Counted from the stretch's first letter, positions 21,554 through 32,336 are shown. The stretch is DNA of 64,000 nucleotides from an uncultured Clostridia bacterium (GCA_964548075.1 CAZJQQ010000005.1:64252-128251), one strand, 5' to 3'. Made by a program: numbers and translations. The notes: a model not told the origin generated them from the letters alone.

Positions 21554-24500
21554 TTAAGCCGCGCGTTGCTTCTTGATCAGGACCCGTCTTGCTGCAAAAA
21601 GACTGACTATCAATATGGCGGTGAATGCCGCGGCCAGTATTGCCAGATAATACTCGCCTCTTTGCGGGCTTTGGCCGGCGTCGATTTCTCCCTTGTACTC
21701 ACCCTGCAAAACAAAAGGCGCCCAGAAATAGGGCGATTGCCACCGCTTCTGTCCCCACATGGTTATCTGCGCCTGGCGGAGCGCTTCTGCTGGAGACTTC
21801 TTCTCAGCAAGCATTTCCTGGTAGAAATGTTTTATCAACTCGGCCGTGGCCTCGTCATCAACCTTCCACAGGCTGGCCATTACGCGCGCCGCGCCTGCAT
21901 ACATGAATCCGCGAGTAAGCCCTATCAGACCTTCGCCTTTGATCGGCTTGCCTAGAGCTGAGTTACAAGCACTGAGCACGACCAAATCGGCCGGAAGATC
22001 TAAGTTGTATATGTCGTTCAGCCGCAGGAACCCATCTTGTGGCTGGCCATCCTTGTCGAATAGGGATAGCACCAGACCGGATAGCTCCGGGGTGTCATTG
22101 TCAAGAATTCCATGGGTAGCGAAATGAATGATGCGGTACCGGCTCAATTCGGGGCCGGTAGCAAGGCCCTTATTGGCCTCGAAGCCGATCGCCTTCAGGC
22201 TCAGCTTGCCGGGCGTTACAGCCATGATCGCGTTCGCCTCATCCCGTGAAGCAAACAAGCGCGGAATGCCTCGGCCGTCGCCCGCAACGCCAACATCGCG
22301 CAAGGCCCGGTGTGCGTCCGCACGGTTCTGCTCATCGGAGTCCTTAGCAATCGTCTCCTTTGCCGCACTCAGGCGCGAATCATCCCTTTCAAAGACCGGA
22401 TCAGCAAACACGGCCAACATGTTTGAAGCAGGCTGACGGCTTTCAATCTTGTTGCGCAATGTCGCCAGCGTCGAGGCAGATGGTTGGTAAGTAACCTGAT
22501 GATCGACCATCAGGGGAACCCGACTATCGTCCGTCGATTGGGGATCCGGCAGGGCGCCGAAAGGTATGTATTGCAACGCGCCGTCAGCGACGACTATCAA
22601 CTGCTTATTTTCGAGTTGCGCGGCGGCCGGGCCAAGTAAAATTTTGCTCAGCGAGGATGCGCTTTGCCAGTACTTCGTCTCAGATTCGTTGAGTCGCGTC
22701 TGGCGTTGTTCAAAGGACTCCCCCTCCACGAACCGGGGGGTAGTTAGCCTGTCCCGCACCTGATTGGCTAAAGCTTCTACCTCCGCGCGGCGTGGGAGCT
22801 CATAACTGGCAATCTCCGATTTAGTCACCGCCCAAAGATAGCTTCTCTCTTCACCCAGTGAATACTCCAGAAGGAGCGCGTTGTCATCCAGGGCTTGCTG
22901 TTGAATTTCTTGCAAGCTCAAGGTGTGTAGTTGCGTCAGCGCGGCATATTGCGGGCTCTTTGATTTGATCTGCCTTTCTACCTCATCGCAGTTTGTCGTG
23001 ATCTCCTGAATCTCTCTAGCCAGAGCTGCCGCGTCTTCTTTATTGTATTGACCGGAGAGCAAACGCATCTGACGTTCGGTTTTACCCTGGAGCGTTCGTT
23101 GGAGCGAGCGCTTGCGTTGCAGCAGCGCCGGATCTACTCCTTGAGAAATGTCAGCGTGAGCTTCCTCCAACATATCCAGCAGCGCTCTTGCCCTCGCTCG
23201 CTCGCTTGTGTCAAGAGCGAGGATATCGAATCCATGGCTTGGGCTGTCTTTGTGCAGTCTCATTAACAAATCGATATACAGTTCGTAATACTGGTGCGCG
23301 GTGGCGAAGTATGTGACCCGCAGATCCCGGCTGGCGACTTTCGTGCGCAGAGATTCTGCAATCGTGACAGCCTCCTCGATCCGCGCGCGTGCTTCTTTGA
23401 GATCGCCCAGGTCGCGCTGGACGCGCGCGATGTTGTAAAGCGTTGAGGACTCACCCGACGGATCAGCCGCTACACGGTTAAGCGGTAGCGCCCGTCTATA
23501 GTAATCGAGCGCCCTTTTCTTTTCGCCCGAACCTTCATAGAGCTTGCCCATGTAGTTGAGTGTGTAAGCCTCATAGCGCTGATCCTGTCCGGCGCGCCCG
23601 AGGTTTAGCGATTGCTTGTAGCAGGCAAGTGCTTCGGCATTGTCGCCTAGGGAGGCATAAATCAGCCCCATGTCGCGAAGGGTCTTTGCCTCTTGGCGCG
23701 GCATTCTAAGGGTGCGGAACAAAGAAAGGGCTGATTGACAATGGTTGAGCGCTACCTGACTCTCTCCTAGTGAATAGTGTGTTTCGCCAATGACCCTCTC
23801 CGCCTCTGCTTCTCCCCATCGGTCATTGGTCTCTTTGAAGAGGCTTATTGCCTGATCATAGTATTTGATCGCCGTGCGCTTCTCACCGACACCATCATAG
23901 ATAGAGCCGAGCCCGCCAAGCACAGTCGCTTTCAGTTTACGAGCATCGATCGATTGCAGAATCTCTAACGCCTTAAGGAACAGATCGAGTGCCTGCTGCT
24001 TCTCGCCTAATTTGGTTTGTAGATTTCCAAGAGCCCTAAGTGCAATAGCCTCGCCATGACGATCATGTGCATCACGGCTCATAGCTAGCGCCCGCTCATA
24101 CGAATCGAGTGCTTTAGCAACGTCGCTTAACTCTATGTACGTATAGCCAAAGCTGACCAGCACCCTGATCTCTCCCTGGCGATCATTCGACTTCTGATAA
24201 AGCTGCATCGCTTCTCGCAAATACCAAAGCGCTTTCTGTAAGTCGCCGAACCCGTAGTAGGCCTCGCCGATGGTATGGAGCGCCGGCGCTTCTCCCGCAA
24301 CGTTGTTCGTGAACCGACTTAATTTCAAAGCGAGGGTGGCAGCTCTTAGGGCCTTCTGGCTATCCCCGAAATCGAAATGAAGATACCCGATGTCATTAAG
24401 AACATCTACCTCTCCACGCCTGTCATTCAGTTTTTGGCTGAGTGAAAGAGCTTGGTTGTAAAAGGTGAGGGCTTTCTGATACTCATCTAACGACTGATAG

Positions 24501-25207
24501 ACTCGTCCTAGACCTCTGAGCATGTAAGCTTCTGCGTGGCGGTCTCTCGCAGCCCGGAAGTAGCCTTGTGCCTTTTCATACATCTGGATGGCTTTATAGT
24601 TTGATTCCGTTCTCCATTCGGCCCTCAATCGCTCACCTTCTGCAAAGGCATTTTCACCAAGAATGGTTTCCCGGTCTCGTGTACTCGCCCGCCTGAGGGC
24701 TTCGAGCGTAACTCGGTAGTGTCCTTTAATTGTCCCCTCTTTCCGCGCGCTCACCTCTAACCGATACTCCCCAGAGACATCAGCAATGACGGATACAGGT
24801 ATCAGTCCGCCCGGATAGCAATTGAATTCAACGTGTTTCTGACGGCTCGGATAATAGAGGGCCACGCTGGCCTCTATTCCCCAGCATTCAATGACCGCAC
24901 GCCCGTACTGGCCTGAGGTCAAAGTGATTTGATAAGAGTGAGTCTGACTCGGCGAGATTTCCCGCTCGATAACCTTGTGCAGCCCGATAAAGGGAGCGTT
25001 GCTCGCTGCATCTACCAACCGACTTGACCCTGCCTTCGAAGGGGCAATCCCTCGCGGCACGACTACCCCGAGGCCAGCAGGAGACACAGCCGATATCCGA
25101 CCGAGCACCAATAGAGCCAGGGCGAACAAAGAAAGGTGTCGAGACAGACCCCTAGTAAGCAAGGGCCCCGTCATCATGAAGCCCCAAGATCTAAAGCGTT
25201 TTTTCAC
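21554..25207 (-). CDS. TPR-repeat CHAT-domain (caspase-like clan CD) protease, membrane anchored
   Basis: 1217 aa with a signal peptide, a PPC-like beta-sandwich, about 12 TPR units, a coiled coil, and a CHAT domain (His in RIIHFATHG, Cys in VVLSACNSALG). C-terminal TM YLAILAAAFTAILIVSLFAARRVLIKK. GTG start overlaps the upstream ORF by 4 nt. Confidence 0.85.
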   Translation of the reverse strand: MKKRFRSWGFMMTGPLLTRGLSRHLSLFALALLVLGRISAVSPAGLGVVVPRGIAPSKAGSSRLVDAASNAPFIGLHKVIEREISPSQTHSYQITLTSGQYGRAVIECWGIEASVALYYPSRQKHVEFNCYPGGLIPVSVIADVSGEYRLEVSARKEGTIKGHYRVTLEALRRASTRDRETILGENAFAEGERLRAEWRTESNYKAIQMYEKAQGYFRAARDRHAEAYMLRGLGRVYQSLDEYQKALTFYNQALSLSQKLNDRRGEVDVLNDIGYLHFDFGDSQKALRAATLALKLSRFTNNVAGEAPALHTIGEAYYGFGDLQKALWYLREAMQLYQKSNDRQGEIRVLVSFGYTYIELSDVAKALDSYERALAMSRDAHDRHGEAIALRALGNLQTKLGEKQQALDLFLKALEILQSIDARKLKATVLGGLGSIYDGVGEKRTAIKYYDQAISLFKETNDRWGEAEAERVIGETHYSLGESQVALNHCQSALSLFRTLRMPRQEAKTLRDMGLIYASLGDNAEALACYKQSLNLGRAGQDQRYEAYTLNYMGKLYEGSGEKKRALDYYRRALPLNRVAADPSGESSTLYNIARVQRDLGDLKEARARIEEAVTIAESLRTKVASRDLRVTYFATAHQYYELYIDLLMRLHKDSPSHGFDILALDTSERARARALLDMLEEAHADISQGVDPALLQRKRSLQRTLQGKTERQMRLLSGQYNKEDAAALAREIQEITTNCDEVERQIKSKSPQYAALTQLHTLSLQEIQQQALDDNALLLEYSLGEERSYLWAVTKSEIASYELPRRAEVEALANQVRDRLTTPRFVEGESFEQRQTRLNESETKYWQSASSLSKILLGPAAAQLENKQLIVVADGALQYIPFGALPDPQSTDDSRVPLMVDHQVTYQPSASTLATLRNKIESRQPASNMLAVFADPVFERDDSRLSAAKETIAKDSDEQNRADAHRALRDVGVAGDGRGIPRLFASRDEANAIMAVTPGKLSLKAIGFEANKGLATGPELSRYRIIHFATHGILDNDTPELSGLVLSLFDKDGQPQDGFLRLNDIYNLDLPADLVVLSACNSALGKPIKGEGLIGLTRGFMYAGAARVMASLWKVDDEATAELIKHFYQEMLAEKKSPAEALRQAQITMWGQKRWQSPYFWAPFVLQGEYKGEIDAGQSPQRGEYYLAILAAAFTAILIVSLFAARRVLIKKQRAA

Positions 25208-25386
25208 AACACGCGCTTTGTAGGGCGGCCCTTAACGCCACGGCAATATTGAGCGAGCACCGTCACGTCTTCGGTCGAGCCAACCCGTTTCATCTCTTTG
25301 AGGTCGGTAAAGCCGTTGTAGTCGAGACCGGCATCGCCGACCATGTATACCATCACCGTCCAAGATCTCTTGTCCACGGGATTCAA
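25204..25386 (-). CDS. 60-aa ORF homologous to the N-terminus of the adjacent C11 peptidase (duplicated fragment; possible gene remnant or small regulator)
   Basis: RSWTVMVYMVGDAGLDYNGFTDLKEMKRVGSTEDVTVLAQY aligns with ADWTVMVYLAGDNNLTDECTYSLTEMKKADSGNRVNIFAQF of the upstream gene. It lacks the catalytic His/Cys and overlaps both neighbours by 4 nt. Confidence 0.4.
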   Translation of the reverse strand: MNPVDKRSWTVMVYMVGDAGLDYNGFTDLKEMKRVGSTEDVTVLAQYCRGVKGRPTKRVL

Positions 25387-26936
25387 GCCTTCCTCGCCGG
25401 AGCTGCCTTCAAGAACAATTTCTCCAACCCTCTAATTACATCTTCCTTCCTCTTTATACAATCATCTGGGAACGCCACGATTGGCGGGTTCCTCATGCTC
25501 TGGACAGGGTTCCCCCCCCTGTCATCAACCTTCCTATCATCAACCTTCCTAAATGTTCTTGCGCCGTTCGGGGTGTTGGTCCCATCTGACGCTCTAAATG
25601 ATCCTTTGCCGGGTGACCTTCCAGCTAAGAGTGCGGTGGCTGCAGCGTTGATAGCGCTAAGACGCTTGGATCCTACCGCGTCAACGGTGCGATCTTGTTT
25701 CCCATTTTCAGATTGCCTGCGCGGCAGACGCGGTTCTCGGCGCGTTTCTTTCGTATAGATCTCAAGGAACTTCGCCCACCCTGAGTCTTTAGCAAAATTG
25801 AGGTTCCCGTAACCTGGAGTGACCTCGGCCCACGGAAAATAGATCGAGACGCCATGGGAATACTGAAAAGCCGGACCGCTGTAGCATGACTTTAGAACGA
25901 AATGCGACTCAATAAACTCCATAACCTTACGGCACGCGTAAGGAACGCCCCCGGCGTCGTAGCGTTCTTGCAAACAGTCACAGAAATCGTAGAGATCAAC
26001 GAACATTTCGCCGTTATACGATTGAGCTTCCCAGTGCGCCAGCACGATAGCATCCTTGAACCTGTCCTTTGTCTTAGCGTCGGTTAGTTCTGCGCTAAGC
26101 GCCCCGGCTAGGTTCTTGACGCGGTTCTTCAGTTTCCTAGCGTCGCGCAGGTTCATCGCCGATGAGTCCGCTGACAAACCGCCCAATGAGTAGTCCGAAT
26201 AAAAATTAACGAACTCTTCGACGATAGCAGTCGCCAACCTCGACTGTACGCTCTGTCCCCGTGCGAGACTCTGAACCTGCGGGGTTGCCTTGGAGAGTTC
26301 GCCTAATCTGTCAAAAATCTGGCGGTAAGGCCAGCCAGCGGCGGGACTGTAACTTTCGCAGCCCACGAGGATCTGGACGTAGTCCCCAAGTTCGTAACAT
26401 ATCTCAGCCATGCTCATCAGGCATACGTCCATTCCGACAATGTCGATCACCAACCCATTCCCGTCTTTGCCATTGTGGTCTTTGTGCACTCTCTCAAAAA
26501 CCTCCTTCAATTTAAGAATCGTGAGAGAGCCGCCCGAACTCTCATCTTTCAACAAGAAGTTCCTTTCGATTCCGCCACCGTGTCCCGCTAGAACTACCAT
26601 ATAGTGATCCGCCGGACATTCGCCGATGCAGAACTTGATAAAGTTAATTAGCGTCTCCGGATCGCCCGTGTCGGTATCAGGGGACGAACCGATGATGTCC
26701 ACCGCCAAGCTTCCGGATTCACCATCTTTCGCGATCTTGTAGCGCTGAGTTGGGATAAGGGGGTCCTTAGGATCGAACTGCGCAAAGATGTTGACGCGAT
26801 TGCCAGAGTCAGCCTTCTTCATTTCAGTAAGGGAATAGGTGCATTCATCTGTAAGGTTGTTGTCCCCGGCAAGGTAAACCATTACCGTCCAATCAGCGTT
26901 CGCTGTTGATGCAGTTGAATTCCGAATCTTTGCCAT
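25383..26936 (-). CDS. clostripain-like cysteine peptidase (family C11, clan CD), cytoplasmic
   Basis: WTVMVYLAGDNNL N-terminal strand, catalytic His in VVLAGHGGG and Cys in GMDVCLMS (His-Gly / D-x-C-L-M dyad). No signal peptide; basic, disordered C-terminal tail containing a KVDDRKVDDR tandem repeat. Confidence 0.75.
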   Translation of the reverse strand: MAKIRNSTASTANADWTVMVYLAGDNNLTDECTYSLTEMKKADSGNRVNIFAQFDPKDPLIPTQRYKIAKDGESGSLAVDIIGSSPDTDTGDPETLINFIKFCIGECPADHYMVVLAGHGGGIERNFLLKDESSGGSLTILKLKEVFERVHKDHNGKDGNGLVIDIVGMDVCLMSMAEICYELGDYVQILVGCESYSPAAGWPYRQIFDRLGELSKATPQVQSLARGQSVQSRLATAIVEEFVNFYSDYSLGGLSADSSAMNLRDARKLKNRVKNLAGALSAELTDAKTKDRFKDAIVLAHWEAQSYNGEMFVDLYDFCDCLQERYDAGGVPYACRKVMEFIESHFVLKSCYSGPAFQYSHGVSIYFPWAEVTPGYGNLNFAKDSGWAKFLEIYTKETRREPRLPRRQSENGKQDRTVDAVGSKRLSAINAAATALLAGRSPGKGSFRASDGTNTPNGARTFRKVDDRKVDDRGGNPVQSMRNPPIVAFPDDCIKRKEDVIRGLEKLFLKAAPARKA

Positions 26937-27051
26937 CTTAAGTTCTCCTATCCCTTAGCCAATATCCGCGTGATCCCATCGTGCGAGTACATCTACCCGA
27001 TCCCATATCTATACTTCTCTCAACTGACATGGGAGTTCTCTACAATACGTT

Positions 27052-27609
27052 TCACCCAACAGGTGCCTGATTCAGGCAGCTCTCAACGCACAATTGCAAG
27101 CTCGCTCTTATTCGGTGCATACGTATCCTCAACGCATTCGGCGCTATCCCGAGCCGATCAGCAAGCTCCCTTCTGTGATCTATCTTCACTCGTTTCTCTT
27201 CCTGGTAATACTCCAAAACCAACTGCCGATTCTCAGCCGGGAGCCTGTCCATGCATACCTCCAGGCATTCGTACTCTCGTTCCTTCTGTTGAGGGGTGTC
27301 AGGCGCTGGCGTGGGGAGCGGCGGAGGACCCTTCTTCACGTGCTCGAGGTGAACGTTACGCGCCACGCCGTAAAAATAAAGCGCCGGATCGCCGATGTAT
27401 GAATCCGCCAGCTCTTGCATCTTCCTGATGACCCGGTTGATCGTCTCATCTGCGAGCTCTTCGCTTACAGAGCACCCGCGGCAGGCGAAGATCCTTATGA
27501 GCCTTCGGCGAATATCTTCGTACTTCTTTCCGGCTAGCTCGCGGTCAGGGTCGAGCCACCTGAGAAAATTGTCGAAGGCATCCTGAGTAATGTCCCACGG
27601 TCTCTTCAT
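27052..27609 (-). CDS. ECF-type RNA polymerase sigma factor (sigma-70 regions 2 and 4)
   Basis: Internal start MKRPWDITQDAFDNFLRWL...; region 2 (ADETINRVIRKMQEL...YFYGVARNVHLEH) and region 4 HTH (RQLVLEYYQEEKRVKIDHRRELADRLGIAPNALRIRMHRIR). The N-terminal 139 codons of the track ORF lie in the divergent intergenic region and look non-coding. Confidence 0.75.
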   Translation of the reverse strand: MKRPWDITQDAFDNFLRWLDPDRELAGKKYEDIRRRLIRIFACRGCSVSEELADETINRVIRKMQELADSYIGDPALYFYGVARNVHLEHVKKGPPPLPTPAPDTPQQKEREYECLEVCMDRLPAENRQLVLEYYQEEKRVKIDHRRELADRLGIAPNALRIRMHRIRASLQLCVESCLNQAPVG

Positions 27610-27961
27610 CGAATTGCCAGCCGTTCGAGTTTTTGCTTGGTAAACCGCCTGAATGTGGCAGGGAGTTTGGTCCTGCCTAAGCCCAGCGACTTTCGCCGAG
27701 AGGTCACTCAACACAACCTGGTCGCGGCTGAATGTATCACGACCCACCGGCCACGGCAAAACCTTTTTTGTAGCATATACCCTAGCCCTGAGCTTCGCCC
27801 GAGGAGGGAGAATGTGCAATCCGGTTTGCCACGGTGTATGGCGCTTTACCGACAATCTGCGCAACAGGAATCTGACCGACCAAAGCGAAAGCGCCAGTTT
27901 CCCATCTCGCTTGCTTGGGGTACTCTTCTTGAAACCAACCAAACTCAAGGGGGACCGTTCA

Positions 27962-29134
27962 GTGGCGAAGACTATTGGCATCTTGACTGGAGGCGGCGAT
28001 GTCCCGGGCTTGAATCCCTGTATCAAAGCCGTCGTCTACCGCGCGATCGATGAGGGCTACGAAGTGCTCGGCATTCGCCGCGGTTGGGGCGGCTTGCTGC
28101 ACTTTAACCCTTTGGAGCCCGAGAGCTTCTCGAAGCATTTCATGCCCCTGGACAAGCAAGCGGTTCGCACCATCGATCGCACCGGCGGAACGATCTTGCA
28201 TACCAGCCGCACTAATCCTTCAAGAGTGAAGCTAAAGGACGAGCCCGACTTCCTGCGAGACCCCGCGCACCCCAAGGCCGAAGAAGCAGACCCGCGACCC
28301 CGGGACTTCACACCTCACGTGCTGAAAAACCTCGAAGACCTCGGCATCGAGATACTCGTCCCGATCGGCGGCGACGACACACTCAGCTACGGCGAGCGTC
28401 TCCATCGCGAAGGAGTCGAAGTCATCGCCATACCGAAGACAATGGACAACGACGTGTTCGGCACCGACTATTGCGTCGGCTTCAGCACGGCGGTCACTCG
28501 AAGCGTGCAGTTCATTCATCAGCTTCGAACCAGCAGCGGCTCGCACGAGCGCATCGCAGTCGTCGAGTTGTTCGGACGCAACAGCGGCGAAACCAGCTTG
28601 ATCAGCTCTTACCTGGCGGGAGTCGATCGCGCGCTGATTTCTGAAGTGCCGTTCGATCCTGAACGGCTGGCAGAGCTGGTGATGCAGGATAAGCGAACCA
28701 ACCCGAGCAACTACGCGATGGTGACCATCAGCGAAGGCGCGCACATGGTAGGCGGCAAAGTGATCGAGTACGGCGAGGCTGATGCCTACGGCCATCGCAA
28801 GCTCGGCGGCATCGGCTTGATAGTAGGCGAAGCGCTCAAGAAGCTTACTGGCGAAGACATCGTTTATCAGCAGATCGCTTATTTGATGCGCTCGGGAGCG
28901 CCGGACGCGGTCGATCTGATGGTGTCGGTGAACTACGCGCACATGGCGATGGACCTGATCCTCGAAGGCGTGAGCGGGCGCATGTGTGCGTTGCGAGAAG
29001 GAACCTACACGCACGTTCCTATCAGCACGATCACCAGCGGCTTGAAGCGAGTCGACGTTGACGAGCTCTATGACGCCGAACAGTATCTGCCCAAGGTTCG
29101 AAGGGTGCTGGGCAAGCCGATGTTCCTGTACTGA
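27962..29134 (+). CDS. pfp: pyrophosphate-dependent 6-phosphofructokinase
   Basis: GTG start after RBS aagggggac; motifs [24 protein letters not shown] (Asp in the GGDG position) and PKTMDNDV (Lys) favour PPi-dependence. Confidence 0.8.
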   Translation: MAKTIGILTGGGDVPGLNPCIKAVVYRAIDEGYEVLGIRRGWGGLLHFNPLEPESFSKHFMPLDKQAVRTIDRTGGTILHTSRTNPSRVKLKDEPDFLRDPAHPKAEEADPRPRDFTPHVLKNLEDLGIEILVPIGGDDTLSYGERLHREGVEVIAIPKTMDNDVFGTDYCVGFSTAVTRSVQFIHQLRTSSGSHERIAVVELFGRNSGETSLISSYLAGVDRALISEVPFDPERLAELVMQDKRTNPSNYAMVTISEGAHMVGGKVIEYGEADAYGHRKLGGIGLIVGEALKKLTGEDIVYQQIAYLMRSGAPDAVDLMVSVNYAHMAMDLILEGVSGRMCALREGTYTHVPISTITSGLKRVDVDELYDAEQYLPKVRRVLGKPMFLY

Positions 29135-29239
29135 CAAAAGGGATAAGTGATATTCTGCGCCCTTGTTGGATTGAGCAGTCCATTCTCGAAATTCAAAAAC
29201 GAACACTGATTCCCAGAGTGATTCCCAGAGGCTGAGAAC

Positions 29240-30943
29240 ATGACCCTTACAGCTATCGACTGGATCATCATGCTCGTCTACTTCGTGTTCGTGCTCGGCA
29301 TAGGCTTCGCGCTGAAGCGCTATATGAAAACGAGCACCGACTTCTTCCTCTCGGGGCGGTCGATTCCCGCGTGGATCACCGGGCTCGCCTTCATCTCGGC
29401 CAATCTCGGCGCGCAAGAAGTCATCGGCATGGGAGCGTCCGGCGCGAAGTACGGAATCGCCACAAGCCACTTCTACTGGGTCGGGGCGATTCCGGCGATG
29501 GTGTTCGTCGGCGTTTTCATGATGCCGTTCTACTACGGCTCGCGCGCGCGGTCGGTGCCTGAGTACCTGAAGCTCCGCTTCGACGAGAAGACTCGCGGGT
29601 TGAACGCGGTTTCGTTTGCGGCGATGACGATCTTCTCGTCAGGCATCTCGATGTATGCGATGGGGCTGCTCCTTCAAACGCTGTTGGGCTGGAATTTCAC
29701 CTTCAGCGTGTTGATGTCCGCGGTGATCGTGCTCCTTTACATCTTCCTCGGCGGTCTCACATCGGCGATTTACAACGAGGTGCTTCAGTTCTTTCTGATC
29801 GTGCTTGGATTTCTGCCGTTGGTTTTTCTTGGACTCAAGGACGCAGGCGGATGGACGGGTCTGCAATCAAGGCTAGGAGTCGTCGCGACCGAGCACGGCT
29901 TCGCATCCGGCGCGTGGAGCCACTCGTGGAAATTCATGGACAATCCGTCGTCCAACCCGATGGGCGTCGAATGGTTCGGGATGGCGATGGGTTTGGGGTT
30001 TGTGCTGTCGTTTGGTTATTGGTGCACGGACTTCCTGGTCGTACAACGGGCCATGGCGGCCAATTCCATGTCAGCGGCTCGCCGGACGCCACTGATCGCG
30101 GCGATACCAAAGATGTTCTTTCCATTCCTGGTGATCCTGCCGGGAATGATCGCCATTGCGCTGACCTATCAAACGGGTGAAAGCGGTTTCGCGCTGCCCA
30201 AGAAACCCGACGGCGCATTCAACTACGATATGGCGATACCGATGATGCTGGCGCATTACTTTCCTTCGGGCATGCTTGGCGTCGGGCTCACCGCCTTGAT
30301 GGCGAGTTTCATGTCGGGGATGGCCGGCAACGTCACTGCGTTCAACACTGTGTGGACGTATGACATCTATCAGTCCTACATCAAGCGGGGCGCGAGCGAT
30401 CAGCACTATCTGTGGATGGGAAGAATGGCGACCGTGTTCGGCATCGCGGTCTCGGTGGCGGCGGCGTACGTGGCGACGCGCTTCAACAACATTATGGATA
30501 TGCTTCAGTTGGTGTTCGCCTTCGTCAACGCGCCGCTATTCGCGACGTTCTTGCTTGGCATGTTCTGGAAGCGGGCTACCGGGCACGGAGCGTTCCTTGG
30601 TTTGTTATCCGGCACTCTGGCCGCGTCCATTCATCATGGGTTGACGTTGCCGCTGCACGCGGTTGCCGGGGTAAAGGGCGGCTGGTTCGGAGCAAGGCAT
30701 ATCTACCCTAGCGAGATGGCGCAGAACTTTTGGACGGCGATCTTCGCGTGGAGCGCTTGCTTCGTCGTCACTATTCTCGTGAGCCTGATGACCAGAGCGC
30801 GCGACGAAAAAGAGTTGGCGGGGCTGGTTTACTCGCTGACCGAACGGCCGAAGGAAGGTCATCTGGCCTGGTATCAGCGGCCGGCCGTGTTGGGCGTAAT
30901 CGTGTTATTGATGACCTTGGTGCTGAACATCATTTTCTGGTAA
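29240..30943 (+). CDS. sodium:solute symporter family transporter (SGLT-like sugar transporter)
   Basis: 567 aa with about 13-14 TM segments and SSS family motifs; immediately upstream of galK. Confidence 0.85.
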   Translation: MTLTAIDWIIMLVYFVFVLGIGFALKRYMKTSTDFFLSGRSIPAWITGLAFISANLGAQEVIGMGASGAKYGIATSHFYWVGAIPAMVFVGVFMMPFYYGSRARSVPEYLKLRFDEKTRGLNAVSFAAMTIFSSGISMYAMGLLLQTLLGWNFTFSVLMSAVIVLLYIFLGGLTSAIYNEVLQFFLIVLGFLPLVFLGLKDAGGWTGLQSRLGVVATEHGFASGAWSHSWKFMDNPSSNPMGVEWFGMAMGLGFVLSFGYWCTDFLVVQRAMAANSMSAARRTPLIAAIPKMFFPFLVILPGMIAIALTYQTGESGFALPKKPDGAFNYDMAIPMMLAHYFPSGMLGVGLTALMASFMSGMAGNVTAFNTVWTYDIYQSYIKRGASDQHYLWMGRMATVFGIAVSVAAAYVATRFNNIMDMLQLVFAFVNAPLFATFLLGMFWKRATGHGAFLGLLSGTLAASIHHGLTLPLHAVAGVKGGWFGARHIYPSEMAQNFWTAIFAWSACFVVTILVSLMTRARDEKELAGLVYSLTERPKEGHLAWYQRPAVLGVIVLLMTLVLNIIFW

Positions 30944-30958
30944 GCGGGGAGGAGTGAG

Positions 30959-31201
30959 ATGGGACTGGACATTCGATTGCCGATCGGCTTGATGTTCACG
31001 CTGTTTGGCTTGTTGCTGGTTGTGTATGGGTTTGTTAGCGACAAAGCGATCTATCAACGCTCGCTTGGAATGAATGTCAATCTCTGGTGGGGCGTCGTGT
31101 TGTTGATCTTTGGGGTTGTGATGCTGGCGCTCGGACGCCGCGCGGCCGCGACTCCCAACCGCGATGAGTCTGAACACGAAAGCGGTAAGACCGAACACTG
31201 A
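30959..31201 (+). CDS. small two-TM membrane protein (possible transporter accessory subunit)
   Basis: 80 aa, two hydrophobic helices, positioned between the SSS transporter and galK. Confidence 0.4.
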   Translation: MGLDIRLPIGLMFTLFGLLLVVYGFVSDKAIYQRSLGMNVNLWWGVVLLIFGVVMLALGRRAAATPNRDESEHESGKTEH

Positions 31202-31205
31202 ACCG

Positions 31206-32335
<1,130 letters not shown>

Positions 32336-32336
<1 letters not shown>

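Noticed and set aside
25204-25386. Mini-ORF and TPR-CHAT being one gene split by a sequencing frameshift
   Set aside because: Homology of the mini-ORF to C11 runs to its own stop codon. The TPR-CHAT protein starts with its own positively charged N-region and hydrophobic signal sequence in a different frame. A frameshift fusion would place a C11 N-terminal beta-strand in front of a signal peptide, which makes no structural sense.
26937-27051. ECF-type promoter (GGAAC-N16-17-CGTC-like) upstream of the C11 peptidase gene
   Set aside because: Candidate hexamers (TGAAAC / GAACTC) exist, but spacing to any CGT-containing -10 is not convincing and the cognate motif of this ECF is unknown. Not called as a feature.
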